A stretch of 64,000 nt of DNA from Chiloscyllium plagiosum (lineage: Eukaryota): NCBI RefSeq assembly GCF_004010195.1, contig NC_057724.1:28696983-28760982 (forward strand), in the 5' to 3' direction. The notes below the pieces were generated by a model, which was not told where the DNA came from, did no database searches, and saw only the letters and a program-made list of their open reading frames with translations. Below, piece after piece: positions 13,333 through 27,172 of this stretch; the first letter of the stretch is position 1, and every line of letters begins with the position of its first letter. A program made the translations under genes and the position numbers.

Positions 13333-13507
13333 TAGAATCATAGAATCCGTACATGGAAGCAGGCCATTCAACCCATCAAGTCCACATTGACTTTTCGAAG
13401 AGCATCCAACTCAGATGCACCCTGCACCCTGTCCCTACAACCCTGCATTTCTCACGGTTAATCCACCTAGCCTGCACATACTGGACACTATAAGCAATTT
13501 AGCATGG
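13333..13507 (-). mobile_element. HE1-like SINE 3' fragment
   Basis: Reverse complement of the SINE 3' half seen at 21060-21245; tagaatcatagaatc tail. Confidence 0.7.
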
Positions 13508-13661
13508 GCTGAGTATCCTGACCTTCTAAAATTCTTATGATTGTTGAACCTTTCTCGTTATGTTAAACTCTTACCAAATCTTTTAAATCTTCCCTTTAAT
13601 GGCCTTAAGTGTCTGTGGCCTTTCCAATACTGTGACTTCAGTATAATGAATAGCAACGATT

Positions 13662-13786
13662 TGGAGAGATGGGACCGGGTGCTGGCAGATGGGACTAGAT
13701 TGGGTTGGGATAGCTGGTCGGCATGGCCAAGTTCGACCAAAGGGTCTGTTTCCATGCTGTGCATCTCGATGACTCTATGACTCTAA
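13662..13786 (+). mobile_element. CR1/HER1 LINE 3' terminus
   Basis: Matches 37690-37808; ends in (gactctat)n tail. Confidence 0.8.
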
Positions 13787-16264
13787 TTGTGTTGCCCCTT
13801 GCTCTATCCCTTGCAGCTGTGCTGTGTGGAGCCACTTAGAATGGCAACGATACTTTGTTTTGAGAGGTGAGAACTCTCTTTTCATCCCCTTCCTTCGCTG
13901 CCTGTGGCTATGCACCTTTTTTTTTGTAAAGTCTTCTCCCCATTCCCTCAAACATTAGTAACTTCTGAAGCCTTTAATCATTCCCTAAAAAGCCATCTTC
14001 TCTAAGGTCTCTGGCTCTTCCCGCAGTGGCTAGGCTTGACCCTTTTCCTTGTTCAGTGTCTTCCTTGCAGTTACCAGTTCCGAGGTGATAGTCTTCTGGA
14101 ATGCTATTTTTGCTCTGCTGCTGTTCCCATTATTGCAGATGACTAATTGACATTTTTCATGTTTTAGCTGCTAACTTCCTAAAAGCCTTCTGTTCTTAAA
14201 ATTTCACATGTTCAAAAAGTTTATTCTCCAGGGTCAAATAGAATTCAAACTCACAATGCTTATCTTGTGTCTTCTGGTTGTCAACCACTTTGATTTGTTA
14301 CAGGAATAGTTTGCTATCTCCGATTCTGTTTTGCAGATTTCTTCTTTCTGATAAACCTGTTCAGACATGTTATTACGCACTTTCAGAACAGGTGGGACTT
14401 TAATCTCGGCCTCCTGGCTCAGAAGGAGGGACATTTGCCCAAGGATCTGGATTGTCAATCTTGTGACATTAGCACCCCACCTCTCCAATTCTCCATTATA
14501 GATAGTTACCTAATCAAGCTGTACAGAGGGGTTTTATTATAGCATGGAGCAATTGAGAATTTTCTTCAGAAGACTCAAAAACATTAATTCTGTTTCTTTT
14601 TCCACAGATGCTGCCAGACCCTCTGAGTTTCTCCAACATTTATTTCAGAATTCCAACATTTGGTGGAGTTTGCTTTTATGCAAGATTAACTGTTTCTTCA
14701 TCCAAAGACTCTATGACATTATCAGAGTGGTAAATTTTCCCTGGCCACTGTATGGCAATCTGTAATTACAAATTAAACTTTAACTTTTCCAGAGCCATTA
14801 ACCCGTACAAGAATCATGTTAATTGAATTTAGTTGCTCAGTTTTTAATTAACCAATTTTTTGATTTCATTTGTATTAGTCACTGTAACTAAGTTTTTTTT
14901 TTAAAAATTTACCAGTAGCGAATGTTTGATTCTTAATCAAGTTCCATACATATTGTGCATTTTGAAAAGTCTTGTTGTATAATGAAGTAGAATTCATGAG
15001 ATTTAGCGTCCTGATTGTTTTAGACGTTCTAGAGGTTTTAAACATATAATAAGGTCCTTTAGCCCATCAAGTCTGTGCTGGTCAAAAACAAGCACCTAAA
15101 TATTCTCGAGATATTCTATTGACTTAGCTCTTATTACTATTTGGGGTGGAACAGGTTTACAAAGATGATGAGGATACAAGACTTAAAAATAAAGCCAATA
15201 CTTGCTCTTCATTAGACAAAGAATGTCAAGAAAAATGCTGTCTACTTTTGTAATCTGAGAGCATCTCAGAACATTTTGTACTAAAATATAAAACATATCA
15301 ACATCTGATCATAGCAATATGGAAGAGATCATGTGAATTAACTGGTGCTTTCACAGATCAATCAACTAACTAAGAGTTCCATTTACTGTCATACAAAGCT
15401 TTGTTCTTAAAATAGTTGCAGCTATATAACTGCTGATAAAGGCATACCAATATAATTATTAAATCTATTGTAGTGTGGTCAGACTATTCCTGAACTACTT
15501 AATTGCTGAAGACCTATCGTATTCTCTAAATTCACAGTAGTTCTGCTCTCTTATAATGTAAGGTCCAGTTTTACTGTTTATTTCCATATAGCTGGGAAAA
15601 TTTGCATCTCTTGCATTGTTTCTATGCTGAATAAAAGTTTTGGCCACAAGTTCGGATCCATAGTGCTGCTGGTGCCAGCATTACTGGCACACATGTTTAG
15701 AAAGATGTTCGTGGGGAGATTTTGAAGTCACTCAATATCTAATGCTGATTTGGTGCACATTCTGCCATTATTATGGACTTTGCAATATCTGTTAATGCCC
15801 TCTCATGACAATCTCAGCTGAATGCATCAAGACACCACTGTCAGCACTATTTACAGGGTTCATTATGGGAATTTTATGTGGAGTGCTTTGACTTTGTTTT
15901 ACTGCAACTGAATTAGTGGAGTGGGCTGGAGTCAGAGCGAGTGTTGGACTTTTCCAAAGCGCTGTGGAGTTTGAAAGTCAGAAACCTGTTGAAGAAGGGA
16001 TATGGGGTGCTGTTAGCCAAACATGGAGGTTGTTCACAGGGAGGAGGATGCTTCTAAATAAAAAGCAAGAACCTGGAAACCTCAGAAAGACTCTTCTATT
16101 TTCTCCTCCTCCAACCACATCTGAAGCTACAGAGCAAGCCAAGAATGGTCCAACAGTCGCCATGAGGATTGCTGTGACCCTCGGCTTCCTCACAAATAAT
16201 TTCTGGCTGGAGTCAGTGACATTGCCAATATCTCAACGTTCGCCACAAAGTAGACCCCTCTAAA

Positions 16265-16880
16265 TTAGGGAAATCAAATGCAGACTGGGTGACCTGGAAC
16301 ATTTCCGCGAATCTACAAGCAGGACCCTGACTTTTTGTTGCTTGCCATTTCAGTACACTGTCTTGCTGTCACACTCATGTTTCTGTCCTAGGTCAGGCAC
16401 AGTGTTCCAGCGAAGGCTAACTTAAGCTAAAGGAAGGGCTTGTCATTTTCTGATTAGGCATTTTAAATCCATCTGGACTCAATATAGAGTTCAGCAACTT
16501 CAGACTATGAACTCCGTCCTCCTCTTTTTGATTTTGTTTCTCTGTGTTTCTATCTTGATTTCATGTTCTGTTTCAGTCGGAGTTGACATTTATTCTGCGA
16601 TTTAACATTTCCTTGAAACCAATCGTTTATAACCACTGCCACTACTATTACTACTTCTTCCATTGTACTTATGATGTCCAATTTCCCTCACCATCTCCTC
16701 TTTCCCTGGCCTTCCTTTATTGTTCCATTTGTATCTCCTCCCTTTTCAACAGCATGAAACCTATCATGTTTCCATCAGTCTTTCATTTCAAAAAGTCATA
16801 TTGGACTCAACATTCATTTTTTTTTGTCTCCACAGATGCTGCCAATCCTGCTAAGTTTCTCAGTATTTGTTTTTTAATTT
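16265..16880 (+). mobile_element. Decayed Neptune-type Penelope 3' fragment with pseudo-LTR
   Basis: ggggaaatcaaatgcagactgggtgacc-like GIY-YIG segment matching 12083-12110; tctccacagatgctgccaatcctgctaagtttct pLTR block. Confidence 0.6.
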
Positions 16881-18139
16881 TAAATCATGTTAGACATGAA
16901 CATGTCTGTCTAGTACATTGCTGTGCAATCATGATTCCCAAAAACCAGCATGATTCAAACTTTATCATTCAGAATCTTACTACACTAGATAGTAAAAGGG
17001 TATTTGGCTTGTTATGGAAGTGCTGCCTTTTTAAAAGTACTGTCCAATTACACCACATGATCTTCTGCATAACCCTGGATAATACATATCTAATTGTATT
17101 TTGAATGTTCTTTGGAATTTGATTCACCATTTTTCCAGGCAGACCACTCTAGATTTAAGCAATCTTCTACGTGAAATACATTTTTCTGATTTCATCTCTA
17201 ATTATTTTGCTAATTATGTTTTGAAACTGACCTATTTGGTAAAGGAAACAGTTTTTCCCTACCTAGTTTGTGAAAATACCTTATAATTCATGTATCCTTA
17301 ATCTGGTTCTTTTTCCAAGACCTTAACAGTTTTCCTATAACGTGTTGCCAGAATTGTGCACCAGTAGGTGCACAATTGGTGATATGTAAATATTTAGCAT
17401 GAGTACCTTGTTAATATATTCAGTGGCAATAACTCCTTAGCCAGACATCCTTAGAAGGGTTGATTGAAATACTGTGGTTACAACTTCTGCTGTTCTGTGG
17501 CCTAGCTTTTCTTATCAACGTAGGATGCATGCTTCAGGATCAGATGCCTTGTTAACGTTGAATCATGTCACATAATTACATTACTTTTCTATATATACTT
17601 ATCTTGTCCAAAATCTCTGCTTCTTATCCATTTCCGTATTAATAACTTCATCCTCTTTTTTTAAAGGAAGATTTAAAGATTCTGTACCTCAACCACATTC
17701 TCTGTCTCTGTCTCTTGACTGGAATAGGTTCCAAAATTCCTTTAATTTATTCTAATACTTTTTTTCCTAAAAAGTGTTCTCTTTATTTGCTACTGATTCC
17801 TTTTCATGGTCTCTTTGGACTAGAAACATGCACTACTTGGGAATTCATAATAAACACTCAGAAATGTAATGCCGCTCCTTCTATTTCTTAACTGTAACCA
17901 AGTAGTGTTAGTCTTTAAACCTTCCTGTACATTATCTCTCAAGACATCTAATATTAATTTTTATCAATTCTGCTAACCACTACCCTCCCCAACAAAACAA
18001 CTAATCTTCCTAATTACATATAACAGAAAATTTAATTCCCATCTTTTCATTGGGTCTACATTATAATGTATAGCTCATCAAGCTTGTTTGTAATATTCCT
18101 TACATGAATAATAATTTTTACTTTCTTAATCATTAATAC

Positions 18140-18570
18140 TTGAGGTCATGCACTTGGGCAAGACCATGGAAAGTACCAGGATTCAGAAGGACCTTGGTGT
18201 GCATGTCCACTTGTCCCTTAAGGCAGTGGGACAGGTAGATAAAATGGTAAAGAAGACATATGGGATACCTGCTATTAATAGCTGAGGCATAAATTTAAGG
18301 GCAAGAAAGTTATGCTAATACACTGGTTAGGCCACAGCTAGAGTGTTGCTTACAGTTCTGGAGTTCACATTATAGGAGAGATGTGTTTGCACTGGAGAGG
18401 GTGCAGAGGAGAGTTGCCAGGATATTTGCAGGGCTGTAGAGTTTTAGTCACAAAGGGAGGTTGGATAGACTTGAGTGTTTTCCTTGGAGCAGAGTAGACT
18501 GAGGGGTGACGTGACTGAGATGTACAAAATTGAGGGACATAAACAGAGATGTTCCCTTGGTGGAGGAATT
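18140..18570 (+). mobile_element. Older CR1 LINE ORF2 3' fragment
   Basis: Diverged copy of the EVMHLG...DLGV...LVRP.LE...LERVQRR region. Confidence 0.7.
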
Positions 18571-18593
18571 ATTGTCCAAAATTAATATTTTGC

Positions 18594-20645
18594 ATTTGTA
18601 TTTACTGTGGAAAAGGATATGGAAGATATAGACTGTAGGGAAATAGATGGTGACATCTTGCAAACTTTCCAGATTACAGAGGAGGAAGTGCTGGATGTCT
18701 TGATAAATCCCCAGGACCTGATCAGGTGTACCCGAAAACTCTGTGGGAAGCTAGGGAAGTGATTGCTGAACCTCTTGCTGAGATATTTCTAACCATCGAT
18801 AGTCACAGGTGCGGTGCCGGAGGACTGGAAGTTGGCAAACATGGTGCCACTGTTTAAGAAGGGTGGTAAAGACAAGCCAGGGAACTATAAACCGGTGAGC
18901 CTGACCTTGGTGGTGGGCAAGTTGTTGGAGGGAATCCTGAGGGACAGGATGTATATGTATTTGGAAAGGCAAGGACTGATTAGGGATAGTCAACATGGCT
19001 TTGTGCATGGGAAATCATGTCTCACATACTTGATTGAGTTTTTTGAAGAAGTAACAAAGAAGATTGATGAGGGCAGAGTGGTAGATGTGATCTAAATGTT
19101 CTTCAGTAAGGCAATAGACAATAGGTGCAGGAGTAGGCCATTCTGCCCTTCGAGCCTGCACCACCATTCAATATGATCATGGCTGATCATCCTTAATCAG
19201 TATCCTGTTCCTGCCTTATCTCCATAACCCTTGATTCCACTATCCTTGAGAGCTCTATCCAACTCTTTCTTAAATGAATCCAGAGACTGGGCCTCCACTG
19301 CCCTCTGGGGCAGAGCATTCCACACAGCCACCACTCTCTGGGTGAAGAAGTTTCTCCTCATCTCTGTCCTAAATGGTCTACCCTGTATTTTTAAGCTAAC
19401 CAATGTCCTGTACAGCCGCAACATAACTTCCCAACTCCTGTACTCAATACTCTGACCAATAAAGGAAAGAATACCAAATGCCTTCTTCACTATCCTATCT
19501 ACCTGTGACTCCACTTTCAAGGAGATATGAACCTGCACTCCAAGGTCTCTTTGTTCAGCAAGGTTCCCTTTAGCAAGGTTAGATCTCATGGAATACAGGG
19601 AGAACTAGCCATTTGGATACAGAACTGGCTCAAAACTAGAAGACAAGGTGGTGGTGGAGGGTTGTTCTTCAGACTGGAGGCCTGTGACCAGTAGAGTGCC
19701 ACAAGGATTGGTGCTGGGTCCTCTTTTTGTCATTTACATAAATGATTTGGATATGAGCATAAGAGGTACAGTTAGTAAGTTTGCAGATGACATCAAAATT
19801 GGAGGTGTAGTGGACAGTGAAGCGGGTTACCTCAGATTACAACAGGATTTGGACCAGATGGGCCGAGAAGTGGCAGATGGAGTTTAATTCAGATAAATGT
19901 GAGGTGCTGCATTTTGGAAAAGCAAATATTAACAGGACTTAAACTTAATGGTAAGGTCCTAGGGAGTGTTGCTGAACAAAAAGACCTTGGAGTGCAGGTT
20001 CATATCTCCTTGAAAGTGGAGTCGCAGGTAGATAGGATAGTGAAGAAGGCATTTGGTATGCTTTCCTTTATTGGTCAGAGTATTGAGTACAGGAGTTGGG
20101 AAGTTATGTTGCGGCTGTACAGGACGTGGGTTAGGCCACTGTTGGAATATTGCATGCAATTCCGGTCTCCTTCCTATCGGAAAGATGTTGTGAAACTTGA
20201 AAGGGTTCAGAAAAGATTTACAAGGATGTTGCCAGGGTTGGAGGATTTGAACTACAGGGAGAGGCTGAACAGGCTGGGACTGCTTTCCCTGGAGCATCAG
20301 AGGCTGAGGGGTGACCTTATAGAGGTTTACAAAATTATGAGGGGCATGGATAGGATAAATAGTCAGTCTTTTCCCTGGTGTTGGGGAGTCCAGAACTAGA
20401 GGGCATAGGTTTAGGGTGAGAGGGGAAAGATATAAAAGAGACCTAAGGGGCAACTTTTCCACGCAGAGGGTGGTTACGTGTATGGAATGAACTGCCAGAG
20501 GATGTGGTGGAGGCTGGTACAATTGCAACATTTAAGAGGCATTTTGGTGGGTATATGAATCTGAAGGGTTTGGAGGGACATGGGCTGGGTGCTGGCAGGT
20601 GGGACTAGATTGGGTTGGGATATCTGGTCAGCATGGATGGGTTGT
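18594..20645 (+). mobile_element. Young CR1/HER1 LINE, 5'-truncated, frameshifted, with internal composite insertion 19113-19562
   Basis: RT motifs PEDWKLANMVPLFKKG, QHGF, PQG, KFADD, LERVQKRFTRM; near-identical to the copies at 36516, 53905 and 61340. Confidence 0.92.
19113..19395 (-). mobile_element. 3' end of a second CR1 subfamily inserted in antisense
   Basis: Minus-strand LKIQGRPFRTEMRRNFFTQRVVAVWNALP and (ctattgt)n tail; related to 57650-58140. Confidence 0.85.
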
Positions 20646-20963
20646 ACCTAAGGGTTGAGGGATATGAGAGGAAAACTTCTTTCACCCAGAGGTTGGTGGG
20701 AATTTGGAAATCACTGACTTTAAGGGTGGTAGAGTCAGAAACCCATATGACATTTAAGCATTTAGATGTTCATATGCAATGCCAAGGCTACAGTCCAAGT
20801 GTTGGAAAATGGGATGATTATAATTAGGTGCTTGTTTTTGACTGATGCAGACTCGATGAGCCAAAGAGTCTTTTTCTGTGCTTCTTCCTACACTTTATTA
20901 ATTCAGTTTTAATGTCTTGAAGCATAGTATAGAAGGTAGTGTTTGCACTGGTCAGTGATTTGA

Positions 20964-21245
20964 TTCAATCCTTGGGCAACTGTCGATGTGGAGTTTGCAC
21001 ATTCTCCCTAAGTCTGCATAGATTTCCTCCGGGTGCTCCGGTTTCTTCTCTGTTCAAAGATATGCAGGTTAGGTGGATTGGCTATGCTAAGTTGCCCATA
21101 GTGTCCAACGATGTGTAGGTTAGGTGTATTAGCCAGGGGAAATGCAGAGTCACAGGAATAGTGTAGGGGGATGGTCTGGGTGGGATGTTCATCAGAGGCC
21201 CAGTGTGGTCTGAATGACCTGCTTCCATGCTGTAGGGATTCTAAG
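20964..21245 (+). mobile_element. HE1-like V-SINE, 5'-degraded
   Basis: V-domain tgtggagtttgcacattctccc...tttcctccgggtgctccggtttc and CR1-like tail. Confidence 0.8.
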
Positions 21246-21299
21246 AGGCTTAAAATAAACTTGGTTTCAGGTCCTTAAATTTTGCTGCAGTATAACGGT

Positions 21300-22600
21300 G
21301 TAAGATTTCCATATGCACAATTGTGAAGAAGCATGTTTGCAATCGATAGTATAAAAATAGTTGACAAAAGGTCAAGTTTACATAACACAAGAATAAATGA
21401 TACTGAGTAATTAAAAAGGTCTTGAAGTGCTGATGTTCAGTACATAAGCATATTATAACTGAAACAGCTTTTCATACTTCAGCTGCAGCAAAGTTTTGTA
21501 TAATTCCTTCATTGAGTTCCAAATAAATGTTGAGTCCAATTGAGATTGTTGCCAAAATATTTAAATTCTCATGATATAGTTGAATATAAATAGTTGATCA
21601 ATTTCAGTCAGAAAACATTTAGTTTTGATGCAACTATTATACATGTCACTATTATACATTGCACCTGAATGCAATACTTAATTGAGGATTAAAAGTCCAG
21701 GAGTCTTTCTTTCCAAATATAATTACGTAAAAACATCAAGCGCTATTTTGGAAAGCTTTATAAGAAAAACAATTGTTCATTTCAAGTCCAGTGTGAGATG
21801 GATCGATATCACCCATTTTGAGCGCAGACCACGGTATCTCTCTTCCAGGTTATCTTCTTTCATAGTGTTCTTTATTTCTGTTACAAAAAAATTAAAGCAT
21901 AAAAACACTCAATCTGACTGTTCACTTAAGCTGGTCAGCATTATACCAATAACAGGATTAAATAAGCTAATTTTGATTTCTTTTGTAGGTTGTCTTGCAC
22001 ACCCTAATCAAAGATGCATCTTTTATTTTTGTTTCATGAATGATTTCTATTATTACATTAATTTGTTCTGATATTTCCCTCAGATTACTTTTCAGATGTG
22101 AAACTTTGTCCTCCGAGATGGTTTGGATACTTTTACATTGCATGTTCTTCATCATTTGTCAACACTGATATTGCTGCCATTTTTCTGAAGGATCTCGATT
22201 GCATGATTCAAACACAAAGACATCAAACCACGTAACAAGACATGAAATGAAATGGCATAAGCAAATTTATTTTGTAAGGCTGTCTATTCTTTTCTCAATC
22301 ATTAATAGCAAGTGCATGGAGCACACTGATCATTACTTTAATCTGATAGTGGCACACCTTACATCAATGTAACTTTCTCAATGGATATCTCTTTCTGAGA
22401 AAATTAGTTGATGTGCTCTCTCATTATAGATCAGTACTGACTTGCAAACCAAGGTTAAAAAAAATAGCTACATGAAAAATGTCAGATAAAATTATCGACT
22501 TTGCACCATCCAAAAATAAACCTGCTTCAGACTGACTGTAAACTTACTGCTGCAAACCTTTCACATTGATATTGCAAAGAACAATAATCTATTTTTGAGG
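21300..22600 (-). mobile_element. Decayed hAT DNA transposase relic
   Basis: Minus-strand F*LKLINYLYSTIS*E / NLNILATISI (about 21535-21620) resembles the hAT dimerisation motif ERSFSKLKLIKNYLRSTMSQERLNxLAIISIE. Confidence 0.5.
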
Positions 22601-22627
22601 TGCCTTAGTTGGATGTAACAACAGCTC

Positions 22628-22800
22628 TCATAGTCATACAGTACAGAAACCCGACTCCTGGGTCAAACTTGTCTGTGCCGAACAGATATCCCAAAATGAC
22701 CTAGTCCCATTTGGCTCATATCCTTTGAAGTTTCCTATTCATGTACCCATCCAGATGGCTTTTATATGTTGTAATTGTACCTGCCTCCACCACTTCCTCG
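22628..22800 (-). mobile_element. CR1/HER1 3' terminus
   Basis: catagtcatacagtacagaaac...tgtacctgcctccaccacttcct, reverse complement of 37620-37808. Confidence 0.75.
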
Positions 22801-23400
22801 AGAGACAAAGAAAAACTACAGATGCTGGAATCCAAAGTAGACAGGCAGGAGGTTTGAAGAATACAGCAAGCCAGGCAGCATCAGGAGATGCAGAAGTCGA
22901 CATTTTGGGTGTAGGGGGACCTGCAGATAAAGAGGATGGCAGGAGCAGTGTGGTGAAGTAGGGATAGTTGAAGATAATGTACAGGGTACGACCTGGTAGG
23001 TCAATGGGAGGAATAAATTTGGTAGATGGCTGGGAGTGGAAGGTAGGGGGAGGGGCTGGGAAGGGATTTTATATGAAATCTGAGAACTCAATGTTGAGTT
23101 CTCCAGGATGTAGGCTGCAGGCGGAAGATGAAGTGTTGTTCCTCCAATTTGCGGTTTGGTTCGTTGTGGCAATGGAGGCGGCCAAGGAGGGTCATGTCGG
23201 AAAGGGAGTAGGAAGGGCAATTTAAAATGGGTGGTGACTAGGAGGTCCAGTTGGCACCTGCTGGCCTGGCTGAGATCCTTGGAGAACCGTTTCCTAAGTT
23301 CACCTGCCTCTCCTCCAACCTACTTTACTGCATCCGATGCTCCTGATGTGATCTCTACGTCGGGGAGACCAAATGTAAACTTAGGGAATGGTTCATAAAC
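22801..23400 (-). mobile_element. Neptune-type Penelope fragment: pLTR and 3' end on minus, short inverted GIY-YIG piece (about 23305-23400) on plus
   Basis: acagatgctggaatcc...caggcagcatcaggag pLTR; TYFTASDAPDVISTSGRP segment is a frameshifted YCIRCSxCxLYVGET motif on the opposite strand. Confidence 0.6.
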
Positions 23401-25936
23401 ATGGTCACATGGGTCAAGTGTAGATTTCTGTAATGTAATAATTTCTCAATTGGACATTTTGAAGTTATTATTCAATCAAATTAAATACAGTAGTTGAAAT
23501 ACAAAATCATAGAATCCTAAACATTTTTGTATGGATTTCAAACATTTATTACTGTTATACAACTCTGCACCCTGCCCAACAGCTCAGCTAGCTCATAGGT
23601 CTAATTTCTGGGGCAAAATCTTTCCTGCATTGAGAAATCTTGCCTCGTAGAGTTAGAAACTACCGTTTATACTTTAGGAGATGTGGGAGGAAAAGCAACC
23701 ATGAATTCGTCAGGGTTATTGGCAGGCAACAATGAGGGGCTACAGTGCATGTTAGATAAATCAAGAGGAGGGGTGGCTACAGAAGGAAATGGGAACCTTT
23801 GTTTAACATCAGGGACCATGAAACGAGACATCCCCTTTCAGTGGCTGACCGATTACGGGGACAAATCAGGCTCTTAAATAGTCATTAATTGCCTACTTGG
23901 CCTTCATAGGCCAAAATGCCCACCCAACATCATCTTAGCCAATTTAAAAATTTTGCAGAAGTAGATATTTTACCAATGACTTGACACCATATTTTATGGG
24001 TCCACCTGCTCCCTTACCAGCGAATAACCCATAAGTTCTAGTCCATTCTACAGAAAATAGAGAACTATACAGCTGAAAAATCGTCATTCTTCGCATACCA
24101 TAATGATAATCTAATTTGTCAAACATTACCTTTTCTGATCATAGTTTGATAAGGTCTTTTGATTTTTGGCAGCTGCAAATTGGACAGGCTGAAAAATCTG
24201 CATTTGCTTAGAAATCAAAAAATATTTACCAGATTTTTCTCTATTAACTCTTATTTTCATGAGGTTGGAGAATTGGCATGCTTTTTCTCAAATACCAGTT
24301 GCTGTCATGGTTTGTTAAAAATGCAAAGGTTCTTGTATTACAAATCTACATCTAAATTGTCAGGTGGGATCATCTTGATTACTGTATTTACAGTAGAGGT
24401 GTCAAGTACCTTAAATGGGTAAGTATAAACCACAGCTGCCCACAAAATGTCTGTTTGGTTTATAAATATATTATGTATATAGATCCATGAAAAATATATT
24501 TTTAACTTTATATGAAAATGCATGCTTTTTATTTGAGTTTGGTCAGATAAATATTGAGGCTGATCTGCATCTGTCGACATATTATGCCTAAACAACTGAA
24601 AGATATATTAGGAAATTAATTCTACCACAATTTTTAATTTAAATTTTATAAATGTTGCAGTGATCGATCATCAGCTTAGAGATTCACAATGTATAACTAT
24701 GCCTGTTGAAAACAATGCTAAGAATTTATTTCATCATTATTATTATGTCCCTGGTAAATGCTTCTATTATTGTTCCTTAATTCTACAGTGGCCAATCAAT
24801 ATAGACTGAGAACTCAAAGTAATTTATGGTGAAAGCCATGAATTTGTCTGTTAAAACTAGCAAACTGAATGAAATGTACACAATTGAATTATGTTTCATT
24901 AGCCTGTTGCTATTGTAAATTTCCTATTGGCGTTGTGGCTTCTTTCTTTCACTGCACACATGTAACTTTTTGTATGATAGTGCATAATTTCAGTTTCATA
25001 AGAGACCTTTATAATTTTATAAAGGAAATGCAAATGTTGTGTGAAGTATATCTGTGAGCCTGTCTCAGTGAGACCTTAAGTTTTTTTTTGTGCCTTACCT
25101 TATACCCAACAAAAAGACACAAAATGCGTACTTTTGCTTCTTAAGTGGTTAGTCTCAGTATCTGAAAATATGGTGCTTTAATGTTTTTTGATATAGCTGT
25201 GCTGCAACATATGTGTAAGATTTTATTTATAACAGCTCTTCTAATGTTTCATTTTATATACAGTATTTAATGCAATATAAATACAAAATAAACATTAATA
25301 TAAAATTAATACTGTCTAATTCTGTCATAATGATCACGCCAGTTCAACACAGGTCCTTTTTTTTAAACCTGTATCTCTGGCAGTGGCATAGAAACTGTAT
25401 ATTTTATACAACTGTGTGTTTTTAAACCCCCAGAATCCTAAACAAAAACTCACTATGTTCTAGAGAATGATTATTCTCACTACAAATATTATAATCTCGC
25501 TTGGCAGCTTTTCACAAACTTGTTATCTGACAATGAGCTATGAACATTTCTTACGGCATCACTGATGGACAAGGTTGAGTGACATGTAACTGAAACTTGA
25601 AAGATAGCAATATCAAAAATTGCATGTACATTTGCAAAATGCGAAAAAGTAAGAGTGATGCTATATATTTTGTCTGTCTCCTCCTTCCATCCCCTGCCGA
25701 CCTCTTTCCCAAACCAAAACAAATCAGGCTAGAAAAAAAAAAGATTGTGGACTACCTAATATAATTTCTCATGTTTATTGCTCAAATCAAATAATATCCA
25801 TTTTTTTTCAAAGGTAACTATGTATTTGAAATGAAAATGAGTTGGATTTTGCTGTCAGCAGCGAAGCACTAGTATTGACCACTGATCTCAAATAATATCT
25901 GCAAAGATCTAGAGTCTTTTTGTGCCACTGATTTTT

Positions 25937-26230
25937 GGGCGACACGGTGGCACAGTGGTTAGCACTGTTGCTTCACAGCGCCAGAGACCCGGGTTCAATT
26001 CCCGCCTCAGGCGACTGACTGTGTGGAGTTTGCACATTCTCCCCGTGTCTGCGTGGGTTTCCTCCCACAGTCCAAAGATGTGCAGGTCAGGTGAATTGGC
26101 CACGCTAAATTGCCCGTAGTGTTAGATAAGGGGTAAATGTAGGGTATGGCTGGGTTGCACTTCGGCGGGTTGATGTGGACTTGTTGGGCCGAAGGGCCTG
26201 TTTCCACACTGTAATGTAATGTAATCTAAT
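25937..26230 (+). mobile_element. Near full-length HE1-type tRNA-derived V-SINE
   Basis: A box tggcacagtggttag, B box gggttcaattccc, V-domain, CR1-like tail gggccgaagggcctgtttccacactgt, (gtaat/ctaat)n. Confidence 0.92.
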
Positions 26231-26467
26231 TTTCTGGTGGCAGTTTAAATCTGTTGCTAAGTCAAGGGTTCTCCAGTTGTCAGCACCAATGATATAAGCA
26301 AGCAGGGTAAGCAGCCATTTACTTTTAGGTATTCTTACAGACTGCAAACCTGAAAGTTAAATGCACTGTATTCCTTCAATTTAAAGTAGCAGAAGACAAA
26401 ATTAAGGTATTTTAAATACTGTGACAGTAATTATGCATTTAGTATCCCATTTTAAAAGTTATAAATT

Positions 26468-26743
26468 GGGTAGCATGGTGGCTCAGTGGTTAGCACTGCT
26501 GCCTCACAGCACCAGGGTCTCGGGTTCAATTCCATCCTCGTGCACATGCTCCCCGTGTCTGCGTGGGTTTGCTCCGGTTTCCTCCCACAGTCCAAAGATG
26601 TGCAGGCCAGGTGAATTGGCCATGTTAAATTGCCCATAGTGTTAGGTGCATTAGTCAGAGGGGATGGGTTGCTCTTCTGAGGGTCGGTGTGGACTTGTTG
26701 GGCCGAAGGGCCTGTTTCCATACTGTAGGGAATCTAATCTAAT
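26468..26743 (+). mobile_element. HE1-type V-SINE with internal deletion
   Basis: A and B boxes, partial V-domain, the same tail and aatctaatctaat end. Confidence 0.9.
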
Positions 26744-27172
26744 AACTTGAGGGTTATTATAGCGAGCCCAAAAACAAAAAAAAATTTGTCTATTCCACAA
26801 ATGTGTAGGGATTGTTTAATTAGATGAGCACTTGAAATGTCATAACATTCAGGGCTATGTGCAGAGTGTGGGAAAGTGGGGCTAGTGTCGATTGTAGTGA
26901 ATTTTTGGTGGTACAGATTCTATAGGCTTAAGGGCCTTTTCTGTATGGTATGATTTTCTTCTATGACTATAACATGAATCATACACCACTTTTAAACGAG
27001 TCTTTCATTCAACAACTGATTGGCAGCTCCAGAGTAATTGTAAGCAGTGATAATTGACTTGGTATTAATGGAATATGGGAGGTGTAAATGCAAGACGGGT
27101 CAGTGGGTATGTATTCTTCATACCTGCAACCCAATGTTTGAAAGAATTGAAACTAAAACACAAATATAATCA

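Noticed and set aside
15916-16263. 115-aa ORF
   Set aside because: No ATG start, recognisable domain or splice context; abuts a Penelope relic.
25937-26010. tRNA gene (A and B boxes; also at 26468)
   Set aside because: Continues into a V-domain and CR1-like tail, so it is a SINE head.
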